A stretch of 64,000 nucleotides of DNA from Glaucostegus cemiculus (GCA_976551045.1 CDPCPM010000141.1:1860001-1924000), one strand, 5' to 3'. Shown: positions 1-13,469, counted from the first letter of the stretch. A program made the numbers and translations. Notes: generated by a model from the sequence alone, not told the origin.

Positions 1-657
1 AGTGTAGGAGATTGAGGGGTGACCTTACAGAGGTGTATAAAATCATGAGGGTATAGATAAGGTTAATGCACATAGTTTTTTTCCCAGAGAAGGGAAGCTA
101 AAAACCGAGGCCATAGGTTTAAGGTGAGATAGGAAAGATCTAAAAGGGACCTAAAGGGCAACCTCTTCACGCAGAGGGTGGTGCATATACATAATGAGCT
201 GCCAGAGAAAGTGGTTGAGGCAGGTACAATAACAACACTTAAAGGGCATTTGGATAAGTACGTGGCTGGGGGGTGGGGTGGGTTTATAGTGATATGGGCC
301 AAACACGGGCTTATTGGTTTATTATTGTCACTTGTACCGAGGTACAGTGAAAAGCTTGTCTTACAAACTGATCATACAGGCCAATTCATTACACAGTGCA
401 GTTACATAGTACAAAATGCATTGATGTAGTACAGTAAAAACAGTAACAGTACAAAGTGTCACAGCTGCAGAGAAGGTGCATTGCAGTAAGGTGCAAGGTC
501 ACACAAGGTAGTACGTGAGGTCATAGACCATCCCATTGTATAAGGGAACTGTTCAATAGTCTTATCACAGTGGGGAAGCTGTCCAAATGGGACTACCTTG
601 GTGGGCACCATAGACAAGTTGGGCCAAAGGGCCTTTCTCAATGCTCTGTGACTCTAG
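1..657 (+). mobile_element. CR1 3' fragment interrupted by an antisense Rex1-type 3' fragment (~306-580)
   Basis: CR1 C-terminal coding remnant and tail (gatatgggccaaacacgggc ... aaatgggact ... ttgggccaaagggcct) split by ttggtttattattgtcacttgtaccgaggtacagtgaaa. Confidence 0.8.
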
Positions 658-1121
658 TAGTGTCAGAAATAAGTTACAGCCATGGTTCCAGTAGTTTAAA
701 GCTGCATAGGACAGATATTTGGTGTAAGAAGTCTGAAAGCTGTTCCCACCACATGTTAACCTCACCTCAAGTCTCAGAAGTGCACCAGGGTGTTGTTTTG
801 CCTATCCTCCTGGTTTATCTTTTGTTGCACGTTTAAATGAAGAGACACATCAGTGTTCAGCTCACATTTGTGCCACATTAGTTCTTGTGGCTGAAGTACA
901 GAGCAAAAATTTCCAAGCCATCAATTCAGCAATGACTTTGCCAACTTGGCTGAAGTTATTGAAATAATTCCCATTATATCAGTCAGCACAATCAGGATGA
1001 TGTATGTTAGAAGTCCCTACCTGTAATGCTTGTATAAGCAATTTGAGCGGGCAGCAAACAATTTAATGTTTCGCTTTCTCTAAATTAGTGCTGTTTGTAA
1101 GTGCAGGAACTTGTAAGGCTT

Positions 1122-1280
1122 GTAACAAACAATCTGCTGCAAGAACTCAATGGGTCGAGCAGCATTGTCAGCATTTCAGTACCCAATTCCTTTCCTCCCA
1201 CAGATATTGCTCGACCTGCTGAGTTCTTCCAGCAGATTTTGTTGCTCCAGATTCCAGCATCTACGGTTTCTTGTGTCTCT
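1122..1280. mobile_element. Penelope-like terminal fragments in inverted arrangement
   Basis: aacaatctgctgcaagaactcaatgggtcgagca pairs with tgctcgacctgctgagttcttccagcagattttgtt. Confidence 0.7.
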
Positions 1281-1773
1281 TTTACATGGCTTGCAAGTGT
1301 GTTTGATTTTGTGGTCAGCAAGACCATTCTTTAATGTTACTCACAAAGGGTCAGTACAATAAAAGGCATGATGGGTTTCTTGTTTTCCTGTGCTTTGGTT
1401 TCCTGAATTTTCGTGCAGATTGAAAACTGTACAAATTTACATCTCCCAGGGAATGGTGTTTTAGAGTTGGAATAGTTGCAGTTAACTAAATTGCACTATC
1501 TGGTTCTACCACTTCCTCCTTCAGTACATGTCAAGGCAGTTGTTTTCAACTGGGTTACTGTTCAGTCTTGCTGCTTTAGATAATTGGAATATCATTGGAA
1601 TTGGTTTATTATTGTCACATGTACTGAGGTACAGTGAAAAATTTGTTTTGCGTACCATTCATACAGATCAATTCATTACACAGTGCATTGAGGTAGTGCA
1701 AGGTAAAACAATAACAATGCAGAATTAAGTGTAACAGCTACAGAGAGAGCAGTGCAGGTAGACAATAAATTCT

Positions 1774-2425
1774 CTTGTCAATATTCTACTTATGTGCACA
1801 TCTGGTTTGTATTGGACCATAGAAGACAGAGGGTGGTGGTAGATGGAGCATATTCTACCTGGAGGTCGGTGACCAGTGGTGTTTCGCATGGATCTGTTCT
1901 GTGACCTCTGATCTTTCTGATTTTTATAAATGACTTGGATGAGGATGTGGAAGGGTGGGTTAATAAGTTTTCAGATGACACGAAGGTTGGTGGTGTTGTG
2001 GATAGTGTAGAAGTTTGCTATAGGTCACAACAGGACATTGATAGGATGCAGAGCTGGGCTGAAAAGTGGTAGATGGAGTTCAACCCAGAAAACTAAAGTG
2101 ATGCGCTTTGGAAGATTGAATTTGAAGGCAGAATATAAGGTTAGTGGCAGGTCTCTTAGCAGTGTGGAGGAACAGAGGGATCTTGGGGTTCACTTCCATA
2201 GATTCCTCAAGGTTGCCATGCAGGTTGATAGGGTTGTTAAGAAGGTGTGTTAGCTTTCATTAGTCGGGGTACTGAGTTCAAGAGCTGTGAGGTAATGTTG
2301 CAGCTCTATAGAACTCTGGTTAGACCACACTTGGAGTATTATGTTCAGTTCTGGTCACCTCATTATTGGAAGGATGTGGAAGCTTTAGAGAGGATGCAGG
2401 GGAGATTTACCAGGATGCTGCTTGG
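1774..2425 (+). mobile_element. CR1 LINE RT fragment, degenerate
   Basis: ORFs 2038..2253 and 2247..2438 carry EEQRDLGV and LVRPHLEYYVQFWSPH. Confidence 0.9.
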
Positions 2426-4274
2426 AAAGCATTCCTAATTTTATACATGGTAACCAGAGGAATTCTTATAGTGTTGGGTTCAAAATTTGAGGCTGTTCTT
2501 GTGTAACTCTCGCTGCACGTCATTACCAAGCAGCTGGTAGTCAGTGCCAGATGGTGAGTTATCACACGTACAAGGAACAAATACCAAATAAGGATTCAAC
2601 AGGTATGTTTGTTGGAAGCATCATTTGGAAATCTCAGGTACTCATTCCATTGGTGATCTGCAGCATTGCATGGATTTTTCTTACACTCATTTTTATTATG
2701 TCCAGAAACAGGATTGTAGCAACCAAAATCTCATTGGGTTAGTTTCAACTTGAATCTTATACCGTGGGATAAATCCCACTGTATTGGAATAATGGTCATA
2801 ACTATTTCAAGTACAATAATTTAAAAGCATTTTTGAAAATGCTATATTCCACGAGTATCCCTTTACATAGTTCTGCCTTCAGAGGCACAGAACTATTTCA
2901 GCAATTACCCTCCAGCCTTCTCAAGGCAGCAGTACTGGACTAAAGGTGCTTGAATCCCTTCACATGGTGTCCTTTGAGGTGCTGAATCAAGGCTTGCAAT
3001 GGACTTTCTTGAATTTTTCCCTAGTACCTATTATGTGTTTAGTACAATACCTTATTTTAACCAGAGTGGAGCTTTATAAAGACTTTCCTTCTTTGTCTCC
3101 CAGTGTACAAGAAATTATGACCATTAATTATTTAACCTAACAATAGGATGCATCGGGGCTATTATCTGATTCTCTGTTTTAGTTGTCCAGATCCTTCTGC
3201 TTTTGCCTTTAAGTCACTGGTTGGTATTCATAAGTGTAACTGATGCCAGTTATGCCCTTGCTTTGCAGAACCAGTGAACCTTGGTACAGATGACTGATTA
3301 ATCTCAAGATCATTTCAGAGCAGTCAGAGTGGAACCTTTCTATTTGTCTCTAGATTCTCTGCATAAACTGCTCCACACGGCAAGCAAATTTCAACAGTGT
3401 GGTGAGAACAAAACCTGCGTGCCTTCATTCTGAGATGAGTTTTGGTGTTATGATGTCCTGCACCATTGAACCAGAACCAAACCATCTCTTGCATTGTTTG
3501 GATTTTCAAAACAGTTCCACGAAGGTCACTCATTAATCCACTTCCAGCCATTGTTGCCTGCTCTGTCAAACTCAGTAATGAACAAAGCAATGTTTGAAAT
3601 TATTACTGTCATTCAGAATTAATTTCTGTGCTAGTTCTTAATTGAATAATAGTTGGGTGGGAATATTTGGTGTGACAATAGGAAAATGGCAGAGAATGGG
3701 ATATGCTGATTTGCTATTGTTGAGAACTGGCACAGACTGGAAGGGCCAAATGGCCTCCGTCTGTTGTGTAACCATTGTATGATAATTGCTAAATTTCAGT
3801 CTTGGAAAATATTTCCAGAATTCTGGGTGTTTTTTCCTGAGAGATTCAGTCTTTCAGTGCTATATTGGATGATTCTGATCCCCTGTTAAGTGTCTTCCTT
3901 ACATTTTCTAGCAAGCTTGGTTGATGTTTCACACATTAATCGTGAGAGGAAGTTGTAAAAGCACTCTTACCATCCATTCTATAAATAACGCTTCACTCTT
4001 TATAATTCCTTGGCAACCGCAACAGCAGTTCATCTTGAAAGGTTATAATATTTTACAAATTACAGCACAATTTCTTGTCTAAAGTCAAAATAAGTGCATC
4101 TCTTCCTTGCAATATCTCTGTGCTGGAGTAACTTTGCTTAGTAATCCTACTGATTTGAGTAAAGTTAGTTGTTGTACTGAGACCTAGAAGGAACGAACAG
4201 TATCTATTGACAAGATTTTGATGCAGTTTTGTTGCTTATCCTTTTATGATACCTTTTGTGCACGTTTCAGGTTA

Positions 4275-4460
4275 CAGTAAAACTCCGATAATCTGGCACC
4301 CTTGGGACTTTGGTGCTGACTGGCAAATTTTCTGGACCATTGGATGTTATTAGTTATATGTTACTGAAACACTTATGTTTTCAGATGTTACACAGTCATA
4401 TGATACATTTTCCAGTGAACCAAGTGAGTGTCAAGGAAGCATAGGAAACAAAACCCAGTG
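4275..4460. mobile_element. Partial copy of the same MITE in the opposite orientation
   Basis: TA|cagtaaaactccgataatctggcacccttgggactttggtg matches the reverse complement of the 23791 end. Confidence 0.7.
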
Positions 4461-5559
4461 TGATAAAGCGACTGTGGGAATGGAGCCCTAGTGAACCAGG
4501 TTATGAGCTTTCAGCATTTTCAAACAATAGGATAGCTGACTGTCAGAGGTTTACACATTTGGACGCAGGTGATGCTTCCTTGTACAAGAAATCCATTATC
4601 AACTTTTCTGTGTTCATTTTTTATTTTAAAAAAATTATTCTTTCTCTCACTATTGCTCTTGTTAATACATCATGTACTGCAATCTGGTTGATAGATAAGA
4701 CTGACATTCTTGGATACTGCTCCAGGCTGTACCCCAGGAAGACTACGTCACCGTGCATGGACTGGTCCTCCCTTATCCTCCATCACCCTATTTCAATGGA
4801 TCCCCAAGCAGTAGTGGTTAAGCTGTTTCACAGGTCTTTTATTGAACTTTGAACTTTGGTGGCTGCAATTTAGATGATACAGTAAAGTTATAAGTATGAG
4901 CAACTGGCATTTATCCCATGCGAGAAAGGGTCACTAAGTCCAACCACCTTGTGAATAAATGGTCTGTGGATTTGTTCCTCCTGTTTAATACACTCTTCAT
5001 TGATTTATTGCAGCAAGTGCTAATTACATTACAATTTATTAAAATTGATTTTCCATATGTAAATCTAATCATAATCATGAGCCTCTTAATCTATGATTTA
5101 TTTTTCTAATAAAAAAAGTTGTTTATTTTACATCCTTTTCAGTTATTGAAGTAGTGTCATTAATTTGCTGCAGGATTAGAAGTTTATATATTGCAACATA
5201 ATTGTGCTTTGGATTTTTTTTTCCTGTTCCTTTTATTGTATATTCTTGTTGCTGCACAGTCATCCCTCAAACAGGTTTGTTTTCTTATTCTTAAAGCAGA
5301 GAGTCACAAATTAAATAAAAATTTTACCCAACCTTAGAACAACTTGAAGATGGTGCATGTGTACAAGCATTGCAGAATGCTCTATGGACTGAAAGGAGTC
5401 CTGTTCCTCTGGCCTGTGTCAGCAATATAAACAGGATCATTGACAACCAACTAATCAGCAGTAATTTCTTGCCCCTCTTCTCACCCTGAATATATTTTTT
5501 TTCTCTGTACGAGTGATGACATTGATCAGGAATTAGCAGATTTGGATGTATTTTTCTGC

Positions 5560-5770
5560 ATGGAGTGACACAGTTGTATCATTGATCATCCCTGCAATGT
5601 GCTGTTTCTGCCATTCTCACCGCCATTTCCTGATGCTGCCTTGCTTTCGAGATCTCTGCTGGCTATCCATTAAGGAAGTCCTGACGAATGACTTCCATGA
5701 CATGGTGTCAGTGTTCACATTCTTCCTTAATTTTCTTGAGGACTTCTTTGAAAAGCTTTCTTTATTCTGC
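5560..5770 (-). mobile_element. Degraded RTE-like ORF2 C-terminal remnant
   Basis: Minus-strand FKEVLKK..NTDTMSWKSF resembles the RTE FKDxLKxxLKxxxIxxxxWE motif. Confidence 0.45.
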
Positions 5771-6507
5771 TTTTGAACAGTTAGCATAAGCTTGACGGAA
5801 AAGCTTTCTTTGGGATATTAATCAAAGATTCACAATCTTAAACACTCAATTTTAAAAAAAATTGTCATTTTACTTGGTGACAGATTTGCTAATGCTCTGT
5901 TTAATTTTTTAAAAGTTTTTTGTGGTTTAATAACATTTTTAGCAGCCACACCTATTTAAGATAAAAATCTGATGTCTCGCACAAAATAACTGTACAGTTT
6001 CCTCTCCCGTATTGATGCAAAGTATGATGGATACCCAGACCAGCAGCTACTGGAGTGCACTGCATGCTGTCATTTGATCTGCTTTTCAAGAGGCACAATA
6101 AACATACTTGCCAAGTCAACTCCCAAGGTTATAAACCAGCAAATAGATTGGTGGTGGGTGCAGGAGGGAATGGGGAGAGAAGACAAACCTATTTTTTTTA
6201 TTCACTGGTGCTAAGTGCATACATTTATTGACTGCCAGTTTTGCTTGTCTCTGCACTTAGTTCCATTGATTTCAATAGAGGTGAATGTGTGAAGTTGAAT
6301 ACAACCAGAAGTCAATATTTAAGCAGGCATTTTAGTACTAGTGACCCAAGACTACTTTCTCCTCAGTTGGAATTTGGGGGGGGGGGTGGAAGGGAAGGAG
6401 GAGGAATCTACTTGCAAGGTCAAGAGACTTCCTCCAGAATTCAGATCTTTCTTAAATTTCTGATGCAAGGTCAGAGATCTGAAATATTACCTGTTTCTCT
6501 CCACAGT

Positions 6508-6826
6508 TAGAACCATAAAACCCTAAGAAAAATACATCACGATACAGGCCCTTTGGCCCACCATGTTGTGCCGACCTTCAAACCACACCTAAGACTATCT
6601 AACTCTTTCCTCCCACATATCCCTCTATTTTAAATTCCTCCATAAGCTTATCTAACAACCTCTTGAACTTGATCAACGTATCAGCCTCCACCAGCACCCC
6701 AGGCAGTGCATTTCCATGCATCAACCACCCTCTGTGTGAAAAACCTCCCTCTGACATCTCCCTTGAACTTCCAGCCCATTACCTTAAAGCCATGCTCTCT
6801 TGTATTGAGCACTGGTGCCCTGGAAA
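6508..6826 (-). mobile_element. CR1 3' fragment
   Basis: ORF 6681..6887 (EHGFKV..GDVRGRFFTQRVV). Confidence 0.8.
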
Positions 6827-7160
6827 AGAATTTTTTGATGCCGATTTCCGGCAACTTTCTATATATTTTAGATTTTGGCATCTGCATTGTTCATTTACTT
6901 TTAACATAAACTGAAATAAAAGACCTTTACCAAAGATATGTCTTGTACTTCAATGAATAGCTATGCATGAATGGTTGCATCTTCTTTAGAAGGAAAACTA
7001 GTTAGTCCTCTGTGATAACAGTGACTTTACTCTTCTATTCCAGCTGCCTGTAACTGCAATTAATTACTACTTTCATCCTAGTGTTAAAGTTATTATTAAG
7101 CAGGTACCATTCAATGTCTCTGCAGTCAGTGAGAATGAACATGTGCAGTGTCCTCCACCT

Positions 7161-7184
7161 CCCCCCCCCCCCCCCCCCCCCCCC
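7161..7184. repeat. C24 homopolymer (G-quadruplex-capable on the minus strand)
   Basis: Read directly. Confidence 0.95.
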
Positions 7185-8894
7185 ACTCTAGCGTTGGCGG
7201 CTGTGCAGCTCCCAAGGCCCCGCCTGTGTCATTGCAGTGGCCATGAGCAATGACAGGGCCGTAAGATGGAACGTAAGACCTACTCACAGGCCACTCTGCT
7301 GGACTTGTGACAGCTCATTGCTATCAGAAACATTTTTGCTGTTCCCAATGTGTGTGATGATCAGAGATTTGGAAAGAGGAGGAAAACATTTAAATTAACC
7401 AAAATTAATTTAATTTACAATCTATTTTAATTAAAAGCATTATTATTAAAGTTCTTTAAAAAAAAGTATACCATTTATAAAGAAGATTTGGGACCCAGTT
7501 AATGAATGAACTGAACAAGATGCACCAATAATACTGGTACAAAGCTGAATGGCCGAATTGAAAGTTTGCTTGACCCCTTGGTTCAGTAGATAGTTGCATG
7601 GTGTTAGACTTGTTGGTAAGCTCTTGGAAAGAGGGGATCATGAAAGAAGAGGTCAGATGGACCTCAAGTGCATTTCTGCAATAGAATGTGCAGGATTGCA
7701 AGTGTGGAACTTGCTGATGTGCACTCTGTAACTAGCTGGCAGTTCCCTATGGAGCTGCCAGGGTGGCTGACGGTGCAGTTCAGCCCACTACATGTATTTG
7801 TTGAATCTTACAGAGAACATCTTGCAGAATAGAGCAATTGGATGTGCATATATTGTTTCATGCAATCAACTCAAGCAAAAGAAAAGGACCACATTTTTGT
7901 TTCAAAGGCACAATCTCAAATGTAGGAAAGAAAAGGTGGATATGACAATTCAGACTTTAAAAAAGGCTAGGTTTGTACTTCTAGACCAGGGTCTGTTGTC
8001 CTGGGTCTGATTTGGAGAAGCTTTAGATGGTGATTGTGGTAAGGGGGCTTTGGGCAAAGTGTTTTTTCTGTTAGGTGTAGTGAATGTTTATTAGGTGCCT
8101 GACAATGACAGCTTGCTATTTTCTGGCAATAACATTGATTTCTTGCAGACAATATTTCAGAAATGTAGGAGTGAGCTGTTTGTGTCAAAGGACCTCACTA
8201 CTTTGCATCAAGAAACGCGAGTTGGAAAAATGTTTTTTCTTTGCATAAATTCCGTGAGAGCAAATTTTATTCCATTTCTCAAATTTTTGGGTAGTGATTT
8301 GTGAACTCTAAGAGTGAATTTCTGTTATCAGAATGTCTGCACTTCAAGAATTCCAACATTTGAGGGTTGTACACATCTCTGCACTTCCTGTTGGAGTTCT
8401 GACTCTTTAAAGTGCAGACTCATTCATAATTTTCCCTTATTGTTAACCAGTAATGTGTTAACCATTACCATTTAAATTGCGGGTAGAGGAAATGTTTCGT
8501 AATAGTGAAAGGGCTTCAAGACGGTTGTTGCAAGTTAAATTGTTATTGTAGTTCCTGATAAACTACCTTTCATGCAAGGACAAAATTATTTGTTCTGCTG
8601 TGCAAGTCCGTACTATTTGTCTTGCTTATTCACCCTTTTGCTCTGCCTTGCTCTCTTCCAAATCGTTTATTTTGCAGAATCATACAAAGTTCGCGACACA
8701 GACGGTGGCCGTTTGGCTCTTATTGTCTGTTCTGTTAAATTTTAATTTGGGAGACTAATTACTCAGTCTTGGAAAAATTTCAACATGAAGGGACCTTATT
8801 TATTTTGTAAATTGTAATTTGCATTTGTAATTTTCGTGGCCTTACTGCCTGACATAATTAATGTTTTCTCAGTTGTAGAGACACTTCCTCCCAC

Positions 8895-9222
8895 CGCATC
8901 TATGGCGACCATCCTGCCTCTATTCTAATCCCACTTGCCTGCATTAGTTCCATATCCCTCTGTACCCTGCTCATTCAAGTACCTGTCTCTCATAATTTTA
9001 TATACCATGATCATTTCATCTCTCAGAAAAGAAAGTAAGAAAGATCTTTATTAGTCACATGTACATCGAAACACACAGTGAAATATATCTTTTGCCTCCT
9101 TTGCTCCAGGGAAAACATGCTCAACCTCTCCAATCTCTCCTCATAACTCGAGCCCTGCAATCTAGGCAACGTCCTTGTGAATCTTTTCTGCACCCTGTCT
9201 AACTTAATCACATCCTTCCTAT
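8895..9222 (-). mobile_element. CR1 fragment with a short SINE-tail insertion (~9026-9092)
   Basis: ORF 9023..9310 switches from CR1 (KLDRVQKRFTR) into the SINE-tail sequence (FTVCFDVHVTNKD). Confidence 0.75.
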
Positions 9223-10403
9223 AGTGAACACTGGTGTCTTGGTATCTGAAGGGAAGGTATTTCATTGTTGTTTGACAGTGAATTGAATGCTGTTCATAGA
9301 AGATGCTCACCTTGAACTATCTTGCCAATATATGAAGGACTAAATTTCCTGACCTTGCACAAGGACTGCTTGCACATTGCCTCAACTATAGGTACACATC
9401 CTTGCTTCTGTTTTGTGCCATCTTTTAAATCTGTGACTTCCAGGATGGCTAATGGAGAGAGCCATGCAGGTGTTAGCTTAGTAAAAGAAAGCTGAAGATG
9501 TGCGCGTGTTCAGTCAGTATGGTGAAATGGTAGTTATAATACAGAGTAAATTTGTTTGGGTTATGATTGCAATGATGACCGAACAATGATAAACTTGCTC
9601 ATGTTGCTGCTAGTTAGCCCCATTTCATTCCACTTTATAATGGCTTTGTGTTCCGTCCCCTGCTAGCGAAGCACTTCTCTGTTTATTCTTGTACAGTATA
9701 TATGGTGGTGGTGCTGTCTGTGTATCCTTCTATCTGTAAAGTTGATTTGTATGAAAAAGGTAAGAGTCAGTTTAAAGTCATACCCAGTGTAGCTGATAAC
9801 GCCTTAGGTTTTATTTTCTTACTGCCTCATTCAGTACCCTTGTCTCAGTGATCCTGTATTGTCATTTATGCTCTTTAACCTATTTAATTGTTGAATTCCA
9901 GGGAATTGTTTTGTAGATTCATCCAGGGTCTCTGTAGTCCGCAAAAATTGGATTGAAACCTTTTAACATCTCCACTTGAAAGGGAAAACAAGTGCCAATC
10001 TTTCCAACAACCTTGCAGTAAAGAACTTTTCTGCTATAGATGTAGTTATCTGATGTGCACAAGTTGCCATTCTACTTCTGCCATTTAGAAGAATTATCTT
10101 TAGAATCTGAAGGTCTTTGGGGAAAGAATGTTTCTAAAAGTTGAAGTAATGTTTGCCCAATAATTGGTTACAAGTTGACTGTGACTGTTGTGTGCATTAA
10201 CCCTATCTGTGCCTCTCATGGTTTTGTGCATCTGTATAAGGTCAACTCTCAGTGCCCTATGCTTCGAGCAATAAAGTCCGAGCCTGCCCAACTGGACATC
10301 TGCTCCAGTTCTGTGAGCTATTAGTGTTGAACCCTTGTACAAGAACATCTATCTAATTTACATCATGCAGCTCATTCTTCAAAATCTGTCAGTTTTTGGT
10401 ATA

Positions 10404-10701
10404 CTGGCCGTCCCCAGGTAATGAGCAGGTTCCATTTTTACAGACGTCCCTAAGTTGGTTTTGTCTGTAAGTTGCAAAATACACAAAAGTCACTGGATAT
10501 GGTAACCATATTGTAATGAATAGCATTGGAAGCACACAAGACTGATAAGAAAAGAACAATTATTTAAGGAGAGTGAGAGGAAACTGGTTCTGCTGTTTGT
10601 ATGAATTAACAGATGTACATCAGTGGGACTTTTGAATACAATGATATTATGGGAGCTTGTTTGTACATAGGGGTGTCCATAAGTCGGATGTTCATAACCC
10701 G
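10404..10701. mobile_element. Probable degraded Tigger-like MITE
   Basis: TA-ctggccgtccccaggtaatg start and gtccataagtcggatgttcataacccg end, with internal gtcc.taagt repeats. Confidence 0.45.
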
Positions 10702-12009
10702 AATCAGAATCTTTAAATGTACCTGTATTTTTGAGGAGCTTTTTCCTTTGGTGAGGAGAGTTTATAATTCAGTTTGTAACATTAGCCACACCAGTTTTAT
10801 GCATATGTGATGACTGACTATTTCCTGAATGGGAGACTATTATTGAATGGACTTCCTTTCCTTTCGCAGATGCTGTTTTGCTTTAATGCACCTGGGTGTG
10901 AACTGCTCCATCTCCATTGCCTCTTCTCTATACTTAACAATGATGTTAAATTGTTAATGATATTAAAAAAAATTGATAAAATTGAAAGATGAAACAAATT
11001 TCAGCAGTTTGCTTATAATTCCATTACAAACTTCATTTCAAAAACGGAAGCAGCACAAATATCATTACTACTCAAAACTGCATTATAATAAGATTTGCCT
11101 GTGTTTTAAATTATGTTTTTAAATTATTTAAATTTATTTTACTTTTTGAAATAATGTGTTTGATAGCTCTGCCAATTTTTGCTTTTCTGTGCAGTGGTTA
11201 CTTTAAATAATTATGATAATCTATGATTAAATTTTCTCGTTAATGAAGACAATGTATGAAAATGCACATTCATTTGTTTTTAATATGTTATTGAACCATA
11301 TGACTTAGTAAACGTCTAACCTGCACCAATCTATTTTTCTGCTTGGGGTAATGCAGAAACAAAATCTTTTGCAATATCAGGATCTATTTGGTGGAATTCC
11401 TGAATAGTGTTCTTTTTCATGAAAAGTATACACTGTCACCTGCACACTTTTTAAGTAAAAATGCCAGAGCAACGTTTGACATGAGCTGTTGTTTGGGTTG
11501 TGTTCAATCGAACAGGAAAATGCATTGCAATTGTGCAAGCTATCAACAGCTGTATATTTGGGGGAAGTTTGGGGTTTCACTTTGATATGATCATCTGTGA
11601 ATTATGCATACCATAGAGCAATACAGCACAATACGGGCTATTTGGCGCCACCATGTTGTGCCGACCTTTAAACCACGCCTACGACTATCTAACCCCTTCC
11701 TCTCATGTATCCCCCTATTTTAAATTCCTCCATATGCTTCTCTAACAATCTCTTGAACTTGACCAACGTATCTGCCTCCACCACTACCTCAGGCAGTGCA
11801 TTCCATGCACTGGTGCCCAATGCTCAATACAAGATTGATTGTATAATGACAACTGCCCAAGATAAAAAATTACTTTGGCAGTTGTCACTTTGGGTATCCA
11901 AGATCTAGTGAGGGCTCGGGCCCCTAGATTTCTGTGCCCCAAAAGTACACCAAAAGCTAGAATTACCAGACTTGTTTTTCAGGTAGTGAAAGATTCTGAA
12001 GTAGTGACA

Positions 12010-13415
12010 AATCAGATTTATATCGCTGTCATATGTTGTGAACTTCGTTGTCTCGCAGCAGTACAGTGTAAGACATGAAAAAAATTACTATAAGACACTA
12101 AGTAGTGCAAAGGTGGAATAACGAGCTAATGTTCATGGACGGGTCAGAAACCTGATGGCAGAGGGGAGGGCGGCACGATAGCTTAGCGGTTAGTGCGACG
12201 CTGTTACAGCGCCAGCGATCGGGGTTCGATTCCTGTCGCTGTCTGTAAGTAGTTTGTACGTTCTCTCGTGTCTGCGTGGGTTTCCTCCAGGTGCTCTGGT
12301 TTCCTCCCACATTCTAAAAGACGTACGGGTAGGTTAATTTGGGGGGTTTAAAATGGGCGGCGTGGACTCGTTGGGCCGAAAGGGCCTGTTACCACGCTGT
12401 AAATGTAAAAAAAAAGTTGTTCCTAAAATGTTGAGTGTGGGTCTTCAGTCTCCTGTACCTCATCCCCGATGGTAGTAACGTGAAGAGGGCATTTCCCCGA
12501 TGGTGAGGGTCCTTAGTGATGGATGCTGCCTTCTTGAGGCACCGGCTCTTGAAGATGTCCTTGATGGTGGGGAGGGTTATGCTGGTGATGGAGCTGGCCA
12601 AGTCTACGACCCTCTAGAGCTGCTTTCGATCCTGTGCATTGGAGCCTCCATACCAGGCTGAGATGCAACCAGTCAGAATGCTCTCCACTGTACATCTGTA
12701 GAAATTTGCAAGAGTCTTTGGTGACATACCAAATCTCCTCAAACTCCTGATGAAGTAGATCCATGAACATGCCTTCTTTGTGACTGCATCAATGTGTTGG
12801 GCCCGAGATAGATCCTCAGAGATTTTGATACCCAAGAACTTGAAGCTGCTCACCCTTTCTACTGCTGTCCCCTCAATGAAGATCGGTGTACGTTCTCCAG
12901 ACTTCCCCTTCCTGAAGTCCACAATCAATTCCTTGGTTTTCTGACATTGAGTGCGAGGTTGTTGTTGTGACACCACTCAGCTAGCCGATCATCCTCACTC
13001 ATGTATGGCTTTTGTCGCCATCTGACATTCTCCCAACAACAGTAGTGTCATTGGCGAACTTATAAATGGTGTTTGAGCTGTCTAGCCACACAGTCATGAG
13101 TATAGAGAGAGTAGAGCAGTGGGCTAAGCACGCATCCTTGAAGTGCGCCTGTGTTGATTGTCAGCCAGGAGAAGACATTATTACCAATCGGTGCAGACTG
13201 TGTTCTCTCGATAAGGAAGTTGAGGATCCATTTGCAGAGGGAGGTACAGAGGCCCAGGTTTTGAAGCTTGTTGATTAGTTTTGAGGGGATGATGGTGTTG
13301 AATGCTGAGCTGTAATCAATAAACAGCAGCCTGATGTATGTTTTGCTGTTGCTCGATGCTCCAAAGCATAGTGGAGAGCCAGTGAGCTTGTGTCTGCTGT
13401 CACCCTGTTGTGGCA
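12010..13415 (-). mobile_element. Rex1/Babar-like non-LTR retrotransposon fragment (RT + DUF1891-type C-terminus) with a nested SINE
   Basis: ORF 13060..13416 ([22 protein letters not shown]) and ORF 12614..12976 (KTKELIVDFRK, FYRCTVESILT). Confidence 0.88.
12168..12412 (+). mobile_element. tRNA-derived V-domain SINE (HE1-like) with CR1-type tail, full length
   Basis: A-box (tagcttagcgg) and B-box (ggttcgattcc), central gtgggtttcctcc-ggtgctc-ggtttcctcccaca domain, tail ttgggccgaaagggcctgtt followed by an A-run. Confidence 0.88.
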
Positions 13416-13469
13416 AATTACTGTAAACTTACTGCTTGAATGTTTAGACTTGCCTGCTTACAAGCTAAT

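Noticed and set aside
12170-12240. tRNA gene (A and B boxes)
   Set aside because: No full cloverleaf; it is the head of a SINE repeated several times in the window.
12614-12976. ORF resembling entries labelled ALKBH8 N-terminus / DUF1891
   Set aside because: It is the C-terminal part of a Rex1/Babar RT, collinear with ORF 13060..13416.
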